Assembly: GCA_963555755.3 (NCBI GenBank)
Contig: OY820905.2
Coordinates: forward strand, 1,120,001-1,184,000
DNA: 64,000 nucleotides
Source of the DNA: Nitrospirales bacterium
GTDB lineage: Bacteria > Nitrospirota > Nitrospiria > Nitrospirales > UBA8639
Direction: 5' to 3'
Shown here: positions 23,160 through 33,761 of the stretch, one piece after another
Position numbering within the stretch: position 1 is the stretch's first letter
How the letters are laid out: the number at the start of each line of letters is the position of its first letter
Translations under genes and position numbers: made by a program
Notes under the pieces: model-generated
The model's database searches: none
Told to the model about the DNA's origin: nothing
Seen by the model: the letters and a program-made list of their open reading frames with translations, nothing else

Positions 23160-24596
23160 GAGTGTGTGCTAATGTTAGTTGGAATTTGAAGCGGCTCCCC
23201 CACCTGTGGTGAGATGGCGTTCGACAAAGAATCGACATCTCGTCAACAGAACAAAGGAGCCACTTCATGAGCAGTATTGCGGAAATCAAGAGACGAAGCA
23301 AGAAGGCCAAACGCTTGGGATCAGTGCGGGTGATTCGGGCCGAGCAGTATGCGGACTTTGATGTGAACAGCAAGGTGGAATGCATTCAGGCCCTCATCCC
23401 CTTGGGTCTGATGCGGATTCACGAACTCTTAGAGGACGAGGTGTGCACGTTGGCTGGAGCCCGGTATGAACGGAAGGCATCTCGCCTACCGGGCCGCCGG
23501 CATGGGAGCAATCCCGGGAGTGTCCGGCTGGCGGGGCAACGGCATCCGTTCAAGATTCCTCGCGTCCAGCATGTGGCCGGTGGCGAAATCCCCTTAGAGA
23601 GCTTGGCGCACCTCCATGGTACAGGCAAGCTGGATGAGATCCTCCTCAAACGGGTGCGGTATGGGATTTCCTGCCGGCACTATGAGGCCGCAGCGGCCGC
23701 GGTCCCTGGGGCCATTGGCTTGTCAAGTTCTACGGTGTCGCGGAGCTTTACGCACGCCAGTGCCAAACAGCTCAAGGGCCTGCAGGAACGCGACTGGAGC
23801 GAGCTGGATATTCTTGCCATCTTTCTTGATGGGAAGACCTTTGCCGACATGACGATGGTGGTGGCCGTCGGGATCACGCTCACGGGTGAGAAACACGTCC
23901 TAGGATTTGTGGAAACGGGGACGGAGAACGAGGCGGTTCTCACGCCCTTTCTCCAGGAGTTGGAGGAGCGGGGCCTCACCAATTCTCAGGGACTCTTGTT
24001 CATCATTGATGGAGGGAAAGGCCTGCGAGCGGCCGTGCGACAGGCTTTTGGGACTTCCGCCCTGGTTCAGCGATGCCGGTGGCACAAACGGGAGAATGTC
24101 GTCAGGCATTTGCCGAAAGGCGACCAGGCCACCTGGCGCCGACGGCTCCAACGGGCGTATCAGCGTCCAACCTATGCGGAAGCCAGAACCGCGCTCACGC
24201 GCTTGCAGACAGAACTAGAGGACCGCAATCAATCGGCGGCGCGGAGCTTAGCGGAAGGTCTGGAAGAAACGTTGACCTTGCATCGGCTACGAGTCTTTGC
24301 TCTCTTGGGCTTGTCCTTCAAGACCCCGAATTGTCTGGAATCCATCAACGCTTTGGTGGAAGAGCGGTGTGCCAAAGTGGATCGCTGGACGAACTCGAAT
24401 CAGCGACAACGGTGGTTGGCCACGGCGCTGCTGGATATTGAGCCACGGCTGCGGAAGGTCAAAGGGTATCGGCACTTGCCCAAACTCCGTGAGGCGCTGC
24501 GACGAGACTTGAACATTGAGAAGACCGTGCCAAAGAAGGTTGCGTAACATGAACCCCGGAGCCGTGGAGAATTTCAACTAACTTTGGGCTTGACTC
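23160..24596 (+). mobile_element. IS256-family insertion sequence
   Basis: Imperfect TIRs GAGT-N10-GTTAGTTG(G/A)AATT; 8-bp TSD GTTTAGCT. Confidence 0.92.
23267..24547 (+). CDS. IS256/Mutator transposase
   Basis: IFLDG, FIIDGGKGL, QRCRWHK, NCLESIN. Confidence 0.92.
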   Translation: MSSIAEIKRRSKKAKRLGSVRVIRAEQYADFDVNSKVECIQALIPLGLMRIHELLEDEVCTLAGARYERKASRLPGRRHGSNPGSVRLAGQRHPFKIPRVQHVAGGEIPLESLAHLHGTGKLDEILLKRVRYGISCRHYEAAAAAVPGAIGLSSSTVSRSFTHASAKQLKGLQERDWSELDILAIFLDGKTFADMTMVVAVGITLTGEKHVLGFVETGTENEAVLTPFLQELEERGLTNSQGLLFIIDGGKGLRAAVRQAFGTSALVQRCRWHKRENVVRHLPKGDQATWRRRLQRAYQRPTYAEARTALTRLQTELEDRNQSAARSLAEGLEETLTLHRLRVFALLGLSFKTPNCLESINALVEERCAKVDRWTNSNQRQRWLATALLDIEPRLRKVKGYRHLPKLREALRRDLNIEKTVPKKVA

Positions 24597-25282
24597 GTTT
24601 AGCTTTGGCCTTCGGTTTAACTTTGATCTTCAGTTTAGCTTTGACCCTCAGTTTAGCTTTGACCTTCGGTTTAGCTTTGACCTTCGGGATAACTTTTGGC
24701 TTTGGCTTAACCTTGGTCATTTGGGTAGGTTTAGGCTTGGGTTTAGGCTTGGGTTTAGACTTAGGTTTAGCCTGGACTTTGGATTTGGTTTGAGTCTTAG
24801 TTTTTGCCACCTTTTTTATCACGGAATGAGCCGTCTTCGACTTGGGTTTTGGAACCTGAACCTTTTTCGAAACAATAGGCTTCAATGTTGTTGGGGATTT
24901 TGATGGTGCGGGTTCCGGCTTCTGAGCACCCACAGGTAGTGGCTTCCGCTCAGCCTTTTTTGCAGTAGGAAGCGACTCTTTGTGTTTTGGAGAAGTGGGA
25001 CGGGACGGCAATTTCCGGTTTTTCATAAATTTTAGATTATCTCCGCTAAAGACCCGCACCTGATAGAGCTCCATTAACTTGCTCACGGCTTTTTGGTCGC
25101 CCTTCCGAGCCAGCGCAAGCAAATTCCTTCGCTGATTCATTTCCTCTTCTTCAGTATGGGATGTCACTCGCCTCTCCATAGGGGACGTCTCCTGCTCTGG
25201 TCAAAGTTAGCCGGGACAATAGACCCGGTATGAGGTAGCGCCTAGCGTAAAGTACACTTTTAGGAAAATATTTTCCACCGGC

Positions 25283-25468
25283 TTATTTTTTCGCAAACAC
25301 CGTAGCATCACAGGAAAAGTACTTGAGCTGTTTTATAGGGATGATCATCACCTCTTGCGGTGTGTCAATTTCCAAGACTTCCATGTCGTCACTGATGGTA
25401 TGACGAACGGCATTGCTGATCATCACTTCTTGATTATCCGTGAACACGATCTTCACCCAATACTGCAC
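25283..25468 (-). CDS. small hypothetical protein
   Basis: 61 aa, GTG start with AAGGAG ribosome-binding site. Confidence 0.7.
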   Translation of the reverse strand: MQYWVKIVFTDNQEVMISNAVRHTISDDMEVLEIDTPQEVMIIPIKQLKYFSCDATVFAKK

Positions 25469-25585
25469 ACCAAACTCCTTTCATGAATGCTGAAGCACAT
25501 ACCGATCTTCCTCCCCACCATATAGGTGACAAGAAAAAACCTGTCGAACTCGACTTGTCACACCCTTCTGAGAGTTGGCCTGCGG

Positions 25586-26437
25586 TTAGTTTCCCAATCG
25601 ACCCAATTCTCGAGAACGCAGCGTGGCGCTTTGAACGGCATTGATCACCGTTCCACGAAATTTTCCCTCCTCCAAACTATGCAAACCAGCAATCGTGGTT
25701 CCCCCAGGGGAAGCCACACGATCCTTCAACACTCCCGGATGCTCTCCACTTTCAAGCACCATTTTGGCTGCCCCAAATACCGTCTGCGCAGCAAACAACT
25801 GGGCCACCGATCGAGGCAAGCCCATTTTCACTCCACCATCGGCTAACGCCTCAATAAAAACACAGACATAGGCTGGCCCGCCACCACTCAATCCCGTGAT
25901 CGTATCGATATGGGATTCATCAACCACGACCACTTTACCCACAGCCTCAAAAATAGCTTTTCCCATGTCCATTTGCTGAGGAGAAACTCCTGGACCGCCA
26001 GCTAGAGCAGTAGCCCCCTCTAACACAATGCTGGGGGTATTGGGCATAACCCGTATAATGCAAGCTTTAGTATGAAGTCCGGCTTGGATCTTGGCAATGG
26101 GCACACCGGCAGCCACAGAAATTATAAATGGTTTAGACCGCGTTGGTAGCTTTAACCCTGCCATGACCTCATCCAGAACTTGAGGTTTTACAGCCAGAAT
26201 AACGATATCTGCCCATTTGGCCGCTTCGGCATTATTCGATCCGATACGAACCCCGTAACGGCGCTTAAAATGCTGTAGTCGTTGGTCCGAAACATCCGTG
26301 GCAAAGATTTGGGAAGGCCGCACGACTTTACCCATGAGCAATCCCGAAACCAGCGCCTCAGCAATATTTCCTGCCCCAATAATGGCAATGTTTTGATTGT
26401 CCAGCATAATCCCGTGAGTATATCGTGTGCCTTGCAC
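25586..26437 (-). CDS. proC: pyrroline-5-carboxylate reductase
   Basis: IGAGNI, AVKPQ, RVMPNTP, SGGGPAY, VASPGGTT; exact start uncertain. Confidence 0.96.
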   Translation of the reverse strand: MQGTRYTHGIMLDNQNIAIIGAGNIAEALVSGLLMGKVVRPSQIFATDVSDQRLQHFKRRYGVRIGSNNAEAAKWADIVILAVKPQVLDEVMAGLKLPTRSKPFIISVAAGVPIAKIQAGLHTKACIIRVMPNTPSIVLEGATALAGGPGVSPQQMDMGKAIFEAVGKVVVVDESHIDTITGLSGGGPAYVCVFIEALADGGVKMGLPRSVAQLFAAQTVFGAAKMVLESGEHPGVLKDRVASPGGTTIAGLHSLEEGKFRGTVINAVQSATLRSRELGRLGN

Positions 26438-26648
26438 CCGTTCAACCCAATTAATCGCCTCTGTTCTTTGCCCTAGCCGGAAAACCCGTTGTAAAAATTT
26501 CAGCTAGCCTGACAAAAGTTAATGACTCGCCCCAGCCACTATTAACGTTGACCCGGTCGAGAAACCCATCCGCATTGAGATCCGCCGCAGCGAAACGAAC
26601 AGGAGCGCATTGGGTTGGGGAGTGGGCGTTTGCAATGTGGTCAAAAAT

Positions 26649-27659
26649 GGGGTCAGGCATGAGTATTGACTTATTCTTTCAGGATCGCCCGCACCTGCCT
26701 TTCCAAAAAACGAGAAGGCTTCGCCACATAGCCCGCATACAAGCGACTGATCATCGAAGGGTCGCGATGCAAACGACGCCCCACCTCCTTCACGCTTAGG
26801 CCGCTCCATTCCCGTGCACCATACACCAGCAACGCACGTGCCGCCATCGGATCGCGCCGCCGTCCTGCCTGAACTAAACGAGCGATCGAGTGGCCCGTCG
26901 CTTCAGCCACGGCAGGAAGTAACCGGGAAAAGCTCACCTTAGGCCCCTTCACCACCACCTCGTGTTTGGCGTCTGCCTTGTGCTGGAGCGCAGCCAGAAA
27001 CCGCGTGTCCCCCAAGAAGCGTTGATCCACCGTATCATAGTAGCTCGCTTGATGCCCCGCGCTCAGCCCCTCTTGTACAAACCTGCTATATGCCTTTCGC
27101 GCTGGCCCCACCTGCCGATGAAACTGTTCGAGAATGGCCGAGGCCTCGACCTCAACTGGACCCGATTGCCCAAGATACATTCCGTGGCTACTCCAGGGAT
27201 ACCGCAAGGGGTTCTGCGGCTGCCGCAGCCGTGCCGGGTTCAAATGCAGATATCGGACCAACTCCAGCAGATAGGCATCCCGATCACAGAGAATGGCCTT
27301 GTAGCGCCCTTGAAAAAGATGCCCCGTCTTCCGGTAACGACCATTATAATATTGGGTATAGGTGAACTGGAGGGTCTGCATGGTTCGAGAAAGAGGGACC
27401 TCCCCGGTTTCGACCAACAAATGAACGTGGTTGCTCATCAAGACAAACGCATAGCACCGGAGGCTATCCCGCTGACGGTAGCGTTCAAGGCGTTCGAGAT
27501 ACGCGGCATAATCCCCCTCGTCATGAAAGAGGGTCGTACGGCGGTTGCCGCGGACAATTACGTGATAGAATGCGCCAGAAAATTCAAGGCGCGGTTTTCG
27601 AGCCATAACTGGAACCTACAAGAAGAGGGACATATAAGTCAATACTCATGCCTGACCCC
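26649..27659. mobile_element. RAYT gene bracketed by perfect 26-bp inverted repeats
   Basis: GGGGTCAGGCATGAGTATTGACTTAT at 26649-26674 and its reverse complement at 27634-27659. Confidence 0.8.
26671..27606 (-). CDS. REP-associated tyrosine (HUH, Y1) transposase with C-terminal HTH
   Basis: YHVIVRGN, MSNHVHLL, LFQGRY, YLHLNP, YPWSS. Confidence 0.92.
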   Translation of the reverse strand: MARKPRLEFSGAFYHVIVRGNRRTTLFHDEGDYAAYLERLERYRQRDSLRCYAFVLMSNHVHLLVETGEVPLSRTMQTLQFTYTQYYNGRYRKTGHLFQGRYKAILCDRDAYLLELVRYLHLNPARLRQPQNPLRYPWSSHGMYLGQSGPVEVEASAILEQFHRQVGPARKAYSRFVQEGLSAGHQASYYDTVDQRFLGDTRFLAALQHKADAKHEVVVKGPKVSFSRLLPAVAEATGHSIARLVQAGRRRDPMAARALLVYGAREWSGLSVKEVGRRLHRDPSMISRLYAGYVAKPSRFLERQVRAILKE

Positions 27660-27678
27660 GTATTCTGACCCCGTATTC

Positions 27679-27979
27679 GAGACATCGGCCTTCCCCACTT
27701 TCTCAGTGGGTCGGAACTAGGCACATGTTCCCGCAACACGACTTCAATGCAGGCCTTTATTTTCGGGGCTGCAGGCACTTCCTTAGATGTTCAGGCCTCC
27801 GAGTTTGCTCGCCCCTCAGGTCGTTCCAACCGTAGGATGTTTCTTCCACCCCAGCTGGTACGTCCACGCATATCTCGGTTTGTCACCTCCCCGAGCAGTG
27901 GATAGACTGCCCCTCCGAATCGAGCAATTGACGGTAGAGGGACTTCACTCTCCAAGATTGGCGGCCTTGCTGGCCGCTC
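27679..27979 (-). ncRNA. probable 5' fragment of a group II intron
   Basis: Non-coding; begins GAGCGGCCAGCAAGG on the minus strand and resembles domain-I sequence by recall; no RT ORF. Confidence 0.45.
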
Positions 27980-28082
27980 CTAGGAATGGTAAAGGGCCTT
28001 TTGGGCTGGACAGAAAAGTACCAAAGAAGCTGTAGGTGTCGATTTCGCTTATCAGCAGTTTACAAATGGTGGGAGGACGCAG

Positions 28083-28247
28083 CTAACTTTTTCTACTGGT
28101 TTTGGCCATAAAAGTCGCAAACACCCTTTCTATCTTTTGGCTTTTGCAAGAGGGACAGAACGGTGGGCCACTTTCCTGTGCCTTTAACGTTCGAGCAAGA
28201 ACGAAGTCTTTGCCGCACTTCTGACATTTGTAATCATACATAGGCAT
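28083..28247 (-). CDS. FmdB-family zinc-ribbon protein (54 aa; not in ORF track)
   Basis: MPMYDYKCQKCGKDF...CPSCKS...KTSRKS; GGAGGG ribosome-binding site. Confidence 0.88.
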   Translation of the reverse strand: MPMYDYKCQKCGKDFVLARTLKAQESGPPFCPSCKSQKIERVFATFMAKTSRKS

Positions 28248-28486
28248 GGTTCTTCCCTCCTTCGTGACAGGTCGAACTGATAGTCGTGGTGTGGCGGGAG
28301 CGTCGATGATATTTGAGGGAACTTGGCCTGCGGCATCATGTTCTCCTTGGGCCTTGAGGTCAAGTGTTTTCCCAAATATAACTATCCGAATGTTAAAACC
28401 TGACCTGGGCCAATTGAGGAAAATCCCTTCATTTTTCGACTTTGCTTAAGGTAGCCCTGCTACCCTAGAGAATGTCGAAGGGCGTA

Positions 28487-28643
28487 GGGTTCGCGCAAGA
28501 ATAACTTCCCCTGTTTGGGTGCTGAGACACCTGTCTGGCAAGGCGCGAGGGCTGCACATACTCCTCGCATGGAAAGGACGAGCAACGCCGCCAGACGGGA
28601 TGGATCGACGCCCACACAGGGGAAGTTATTTTTGCGCGAGCCC
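28487..28643. mobile_element. MITE family B, copy 2
   Basis: Same TIRs, opposite orientation to the 4276 copy. Confidence 0.85.
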
Positions 28644-28646
28644 TAA

Positions 28647-28725
28647 GGTAACCACGACTTTTTGTATTTCACCATACACACCAATATCTTACACGGCTGT
28701 TTTGCGCCCAACTGCCGTTTCTAGG
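28647..28725. repeat. half copy of MITE family D
   Basis: Reverse complement of ~17563-17641. Confidence 0.75.
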
Positions 28726-28917
28726 GTCACCTGCCATGGGCGGAGTGGACGGGGTTGATGTCATTTTCTGGAGAGGAGTATAGTAAAAGTGTTAGGAAAA
28801 CCGCCTAAAAACTCAGGCGTTGCTCATATGCAACATGCATAATTTCCGACTCGATGCTTGATCCAAGCAGTCACCCATGATGCCATGGTGTTGTCCATGC
28901 CAAAAAGGAGGCTAATT

Positions 28918-30018
28918 ATGAAAACATGGTCATTCTTTATTGGGCTTCTCCTGACTTTGGTTATCCTTCAAGTCCCCGACAGCTTCGCGCGACGCACGCA
29001 CCTCACTCCTGAACAAAAGAGCCAATTAGCACAAGTCCAAACCATACTGGTCACGGTCTTGGCCTTGACTGAAAAGGGCCGCGCTGATCACACCGCCCTG
29101 GAAACGATTGTGACTCAGCGTCTCGAAAAGGTTGGATATACGGTGGTTACCGATCGAACCCAGACTCACGATATTGAGTTGAAGGTCAAATGTGAGGAAC
29201 GAAAGACCTGGGCAGGGACGACTTCTGAAGGCGGTGACGCCGAGCTTGCGGATGCTCCTGTTCGGCTCTGGAAGGGACCAGGCTGTCTATTCACCTACCT
29301 CCTCGGTGGAAGAAATCTGGGGTGGTACAAGGAAGTACGAACGCCGTTTGAAGACTCGATCGCCGCCGCCAAAGCTGCCGGGGCAAACGATTCAGGCGTG
29401 TTTGCCTTGGAACAACTGACCACGCAAGTCTCCAACTATGACTTTCCAGTTATGATCACCGCAGAATGGGGGCAATCCCAGCGTTTACTCAAAGTGTTAG
29501 ATGCCCCTGATACACCCAAGGTCAGGAAACTGAAAATCCTTTCCGCCTTGAAAACCTTGGAAATCCATGGCGCCCTTCCCCAATTGACCGAGATAATGAA
29601 ACAGAAGGACCTGGCCAAGGAAGCCATTGTGGCGCTTAGAGGCGTGGGCGTGGACTCCATCCCCACCTTGATTGATTTATTTCAGAACTCCCAACAACCG
29701 GACATCCAAGCGGCAGCCGCCAAGGCTTTGGGAGATATCGCAGGCGCCAGTGGCAACCCCGCCACCCTTCCTCCCCTTGTGACGTACTTGAAAGCCTCAT
29801 TACAAAATATGAAAACCTCCGAGGACATTAATTATCCGGTCTTAACTCAGGTTGTCTGGGCCCTCGGCAAACTGCGTGATGATAATTCAATGGAGCCGAT
29901 GGAGGAATTGAATCAAAAAGTGTGGCTTATTTATGACAAGTCACAGGCTATGACTCAGCTTCGCGAAGCTACCAATTGGACCTGGAAGCAACTGGATCTT
30001 GATGGACATATCAGTTAA
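28918..30018 (+). CDS. exported HEAT-repeat protein
   Basis: Signal peptide; AAAAKALG and VVWALGKL repeats; AGGAGG ribosome-binding site. Confidence 0.8.
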   Translation: MKTWSFFIGLLLTLVILQVPDSFARRTHLTPEQKSQLAQVQTILVTVLALTEKGRADHTALETIVTQRLEKVGYTVVTDRTQTHDIELKVKCEERKTWAGTTSEGGDAELADAPVRLWKGPGCLFTYLLGGRNLGWYKEVRTPFEDSIAAAKAAGANDSGVFALEQLTTQVSNYDFPVMITAEWGQSQRLLKVLDAPDTPKVRKLKILSALKTLEIHGALPQLTEIMKQKDLAKEAIVALRGVGVDSIPTLIDLFQNSQQPDIQAAAAKALGDIAGASGNPATLPPLVTYLKASLQNMKTSEDINYPVLTQVVWALGKLRDDNSMEPMEELNQKVWLIYDKSQAMTQLREATNWTWKQLDLDGHIS

Positions 30019-30167
30019 CATTCGGCATCTGCCGTCCAGGCAGGATGTTTCCCGGTACGGGAAATGATGACATAACGATCGCGGCCAATAGTCTTGAATA
30101 CCCATTGGCCATTTTTATATTTACCTCGCTATTCTAATAATTGACTCTATCCTACTCAGGAGGCCTC

Positions 30168-31280
30168 ATGATAACGACGAATGGAAAAGCTATGGTGTTT
30201 TGCGCGTGTCTTGTCGTATTCGGACTGGCCACTGACAGTTCGGCTCGACGATCGCACATCTCATCGGAACAACGAGCACAGCTCGAAAAAATTCAAACCG
30301 TGTATCTGAACGTCTTGGCGCTGACGGAAAACGGCAAAATCCCATCCGACGACCTCACATCGCTGATCAAACTCCGGCTTGAAGAACTTGGGTACAACAT
30401 CGTCACGGACCGAAAAGCCAAGGCTGACGTTCAATTCTTGGTCAAATGCGAAGAGCAAAAACGCTGGAAAGGTACCACACGATCAGGAGGCGATGCCGAA
30501 TTAGCCGATGCCCCCTTCCGTCTCTGGAGAGGGCCTGCCTGTTTATTTACCTATCGGTTGGATGGAAAAGATTTAGGCTGGTACAAAGAAACCCGAACAG
30601 ACTTCCAAGATGCCTATGCAGCGGCAAAAAAAGCCAAAGTCAAAAAGTCTGGGCAATACGCGATGAGCCAGCTCATACTCAAACTGCAGGAATTTGATTT
30701 TCCCGTTATGGTGGCCACCGAATGGGGGCACACCGACCGGCTAGCCATCTTGCTTGAGGCACCCGAAACATCCAAGGCCCGAAAGCTTCGCATCCTTGCC
30801 ACACTCTCGAAGATACGAGCCAAAGAAGCCTTCCCTCATCTCATCAAATTAGCTCACGATGAAAACGATGAATACGCAGCAGGAGCCATTATCGCCCTTG
30901 CTGGCCTGGGTCGTACAGCCACCCCCATCTTGACGGAAATCTTCGTGACCCCAAAAAACTCTCGAGTTCAGGCGGCCGCGGCCAAAGGGTTAGGCCTCAT
31001 TGGAGCTCATTCAGGCGATCCGGCCATCACCCCGCCCCTACTCGATTATTTAAATAAGAACCTCGAAGACATGGATGAATCCTCTGACATCGATTTCCCT
31101 GTCCTGACCGAGGTCGTCTGGTCCATTGGCAAACTGCGAAATGACAAGTCCATTGTCCCGATTGAACAACTCAACATGAAAATTTGGTTGATCAGAGATA
31201 GTTCAAAAGAAATGAAAGAACTTCGCGACGCCGCCAATGTCGCCACGAAAATGGTCGATCTGGATTATCAAATTATGTGA
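30168..31280 (+). CDS. exported HEAT-repeat protein, tandem paralog
   Basis: Shares GGDAELADAP.RLW.GP.CLFTY and DFPVM with the previous gene. Confidence 0.8.
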   Translation: MITTNGKAMVFCACLVVFGLATDSSARRSHISSEQRAQLEKIQTVYLNVLALTENGKIPSDDLTSLIKLRLEELGYNIVTDRKAKADVQFLVKCEEQKRWKGTTRSGGDAELADAPFRLWRGPACLFTYRLDGKDLGWYKETRTDFQDAYAAAKKAKVKKSGQYAMSQLILKLQEFDFPVMVATEWGHTDRLAILLEAPETSKARKLRILATLSKIRAKEAFPHLIKLAHDENDEYAAGAIIALAGLGRTATPILTEIFVTPKNSRVQAAAAKGLGLIGAHSGDPAITPPLLDYLNKNLEDMDESSDIDFPVLTEVVWSIGKLRNDKSIVPIEQLNMKIWLIRDSSKEMKELRDAANVATKMVDLDYQIM

Positions 31281-31305
31281 GTGATTTTCAGCCTGGCCTG
31301 ATACG

Positions 31306-31343
31306 AGAACCCTCTTCTTAGAAATAGGAAGAGGGTTCTTTTT
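31306..31343 (+). terminator. intrinsic terminator
   Basis: AGAACCCTCTTC / GAAGAGGGTTCT hairpin followed by Ts. Confidence 0.8.
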
Positions 31344-31405
31344 ACCACGAGACCGAATGGTTCCATGCACTCATTGCAAACTCCTCAATCAGACTGGACT
31401 CCGCA

Positions 31406-31900
31406 TTGTTCATTATTCTACTCATTTTCTGCGTTACATTTTTCACGCCATTATCTCACGCCCAACTCACTGGCGACCAAGCAGAGTTGATGCGTTTACG
31501 TGACAACGCTGAAGAAGCCATGTCGATGGGCGACCCTCAGGGCGCGGCACTGAACAGTGGAAAAGCCGCGCTCATGGCAGGGCTCATGGCAAAACAGGAA
31601 ATCCGTCCTGCGCCTCACGCGCATTTCAAAAGCCTTGAGACGTTGCTTCGTGCACAGGAACATGTGTATCGAGCGATCGCCTTGTTTCAACAAAGTGGAG
31701 AACACATTCCCGCCTCGTCCGGAGTGTGCCGGACTATTTCTCTGGCTTCGACTCATCAAAAAAAGGCTGAAACTTTTTTACCGAGTCCCCTATCCGAAGA
31801 CCCTCTGTTTCAGAATCTGCCAATCGATTTACATGAATGGAAAGAGACTATTGAAGAACTACAAACGGATTTCATGTGCCGGGACGCCACCCGCCGTTAA
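31406..31900 (+). CDS. exported hypothetical protein
   Basis: Signal-like N-terminus ending SHA; start uncertain. Confidence 0.65.
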   Translation: MFIILLIFCVTFFTPLSHAQLTGDQAELMRLRDNAEEAMSMGDPQGAALNSGKAALMAGLMAKQEIRPAPHAHFKSLETLLRAQEHVYRAIALFQQSGEHIPASSGVCRTISLASTHQKKAETFLPSPLSEDPLFQNLPIDLHEWKETIEELQTDFMCRDATRR

Positions 31901-33037
31901 TCAAGACAGATTTGTAAGACAAGGGCTGGAAGGGACTGTAAGGCTTTCGGAGGAATTCCTCGTCAATGAACTGATTATCGAGCTCATCACTTCTTGAGCC
32001 AACGTGGATTGCATCACCACCGACGCCCTCGCTCGTGCTTCACGTGATGTCACATGCCCCTCACGGCCGGATCGACTCACCACACCCACCACCCGTTCCT
32101 GCAATCGGTCGACGATCTGGATATCACCACACCACCGCGCGTACACAAACAACGGGTCAAGAGAATCAATATCCCACACACGGACCATGCCTGTGATGAG
32201 TAAATCCGGAACCTGATTGTTCAACGCTGCTTGAGGTTCAAGCCCTACTCCTGACGATGAGCGATCGGTCATCACCGGCAACCCTTCTTGCCCAAGCTTT
32301 TGAACAATCGCCGATTTCACATCAGGAGATTGCTCCCCTTCGATTCGCACCTCAACCAGAAACTGTTCCGTAACAAACGCATCAAGCTCCTGGACCAACT
32401 CACTCAATCGATACCGGGCAGGAATGCCACTTCCACTTTCTCGAATGACTCGAAGATCCTCATTCACCACCTCTCGCTCATGCCAGACCTGAATGGCATG
32501 CTTCAACTTTCCAATGCGGATAAGTTTACCCGAGCTATTCCGAGACACCTGAAGATCATCGTCAATGGTTTGATCATACGCGTGAATTTTTTCTACTAGA
32601 CCTCGTTCCACCTGTTGCCGATCAAGCCCCGCCAACACATACATTTCCCTGGTGTCAGGGTGGATCCATCGCGCCAAGACCTGCACATTATTCAGAACCT
32701 TGTTGGTCGTCACCTGCGTGGACCGTTCCAACGCCAACTCTCGTCGGGTGTGGGTTGAGCCATCTGCCTCCACTAAGCGAAAAGCCTCGGTATCATGAAC
32801 CCGCGATTGCACATGCGCCGAAAAAATTTTGGCCACTGCAGCATACGCCCGTTCTTCAGCTACTGCTTGAGATGCCCCATGCCCAACCCCAACCAGGTAT
32901 CGGGCAGATGGATACTGCTCGTTTGATCCCATCACCCAAGAAGGGCGTTCCACCGACGAAAATATGGCACACCCACTCATCCCGAGATACAATCCTACTA
33001 CAACAATGAATCTGATATGTTGGGCCATCGAATTCAT
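31901..33037 (-). CDS. LPP20-family lipoprotein
   Basis: Lipobox MSGC, RPSWV, YLVGVG. Confidence 0.75.
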   Translation of the reverse strand: MNSMAQHIRFIVVVGLYLGMSGCAIFSSVERPSWVMGSNEQYPSARYLVGVGHGASQAVAEERAYAAVAKIFSAHVQSRVHDTEAFRLVEADGSTHTRRELALERSTQVTTNKVLNNVQVLARWIHPDTREMYVLAGLDRQQVERGLVEKIHAYDQTIDDDLQVSRNSSGKLIRIGKLKHAIQVWHEREVVNEDLRVIRESGSGIPARYRLSELVQELDAFVTEQFLVEVRIEGEQSPDVKSAIVQKLGQEGLPVMTDRSSSGVGLEPQAALNNQVPDLLITGMVRVWDIDSLDPLFVYARWCGDIQIVDRLQERVVGVVSRSGREGHVTSREARARASVVMQSTLAQEVMSSIISSLTRNSSESLTVPSSPCLTNLS

Positions 33038-33761
33038 TTCTCTATTCCGCCGTGTACACGGTCATAAATCGTGTTTCGCCAGGCTGCACGGTCATGGGAT
33101 ATTCTGTGGAGGCACCTATGGATTCGCCATGCCGACCTCGTGATTGATACGTCAACGTCATTGACCCGGGAGGCACAGAAAATCGAGAGACATGAATTTC
33201 ATCCGGAAGCGTACGCCAACTTCGCTTGTCCGCTTCTTCGGTGGTCATAGCCACAACTTTCAACAATGCCGATACCACCGCCTGGATGAAATTCCTCGTC
33301 TTCTCGTCTTTGGCGGCTGCCCCGGCGCCATAGCCAATGCCCTCAGCCGCTGACATTTTTAATGCCGCCCGGGCCACTGCACGCACGGTCACACTTATCA
33401 GTCGATCTGCAAGATTCTTCTTGGCCGCAGCCGTCACGCTGTTCATCAACTCAGTCTGATGTGTCTCTTGTCTTCCGTCTCGAACCACCCGAACTTGTCC
33501 ATACGCCACACGAGTCTTCTGCGGCACCACCCGAGGAAGAGAGATTCTCACAATTTCCCCTTGGAGTCCATAGAGCACGGCATCCACTCCACCCGCACGT
33601 TGCGGACGGCGCCTTCCCAGTTGTTTGGTCGTCAGCAACAGGGACAAGGCCTCCAAGCTGATCGGCACATCAATAAACCGGTCTTGAAGACGAGGAGCCC
33701 GGCCATGATAGCTAATGACTATGATCTCTGCCTGATCGCTCGTTGATCCTGATTCCCACGA

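Larger units (their letters stand above)
22898..25179 (-). pseudogene. Lys/Pro/Ala-rich histone-H1-like protein split by IS256
   Basis: Joining 25179-24597 to 23151-22898 gives one frame (~278 aa) rich in KPKAKV repeats. Confidence 0.85.

Noticed and set aside
26451..26648. FG-GAP-like motif DLNADGFLD
   Set aside because: Too short; at most a gene remnant
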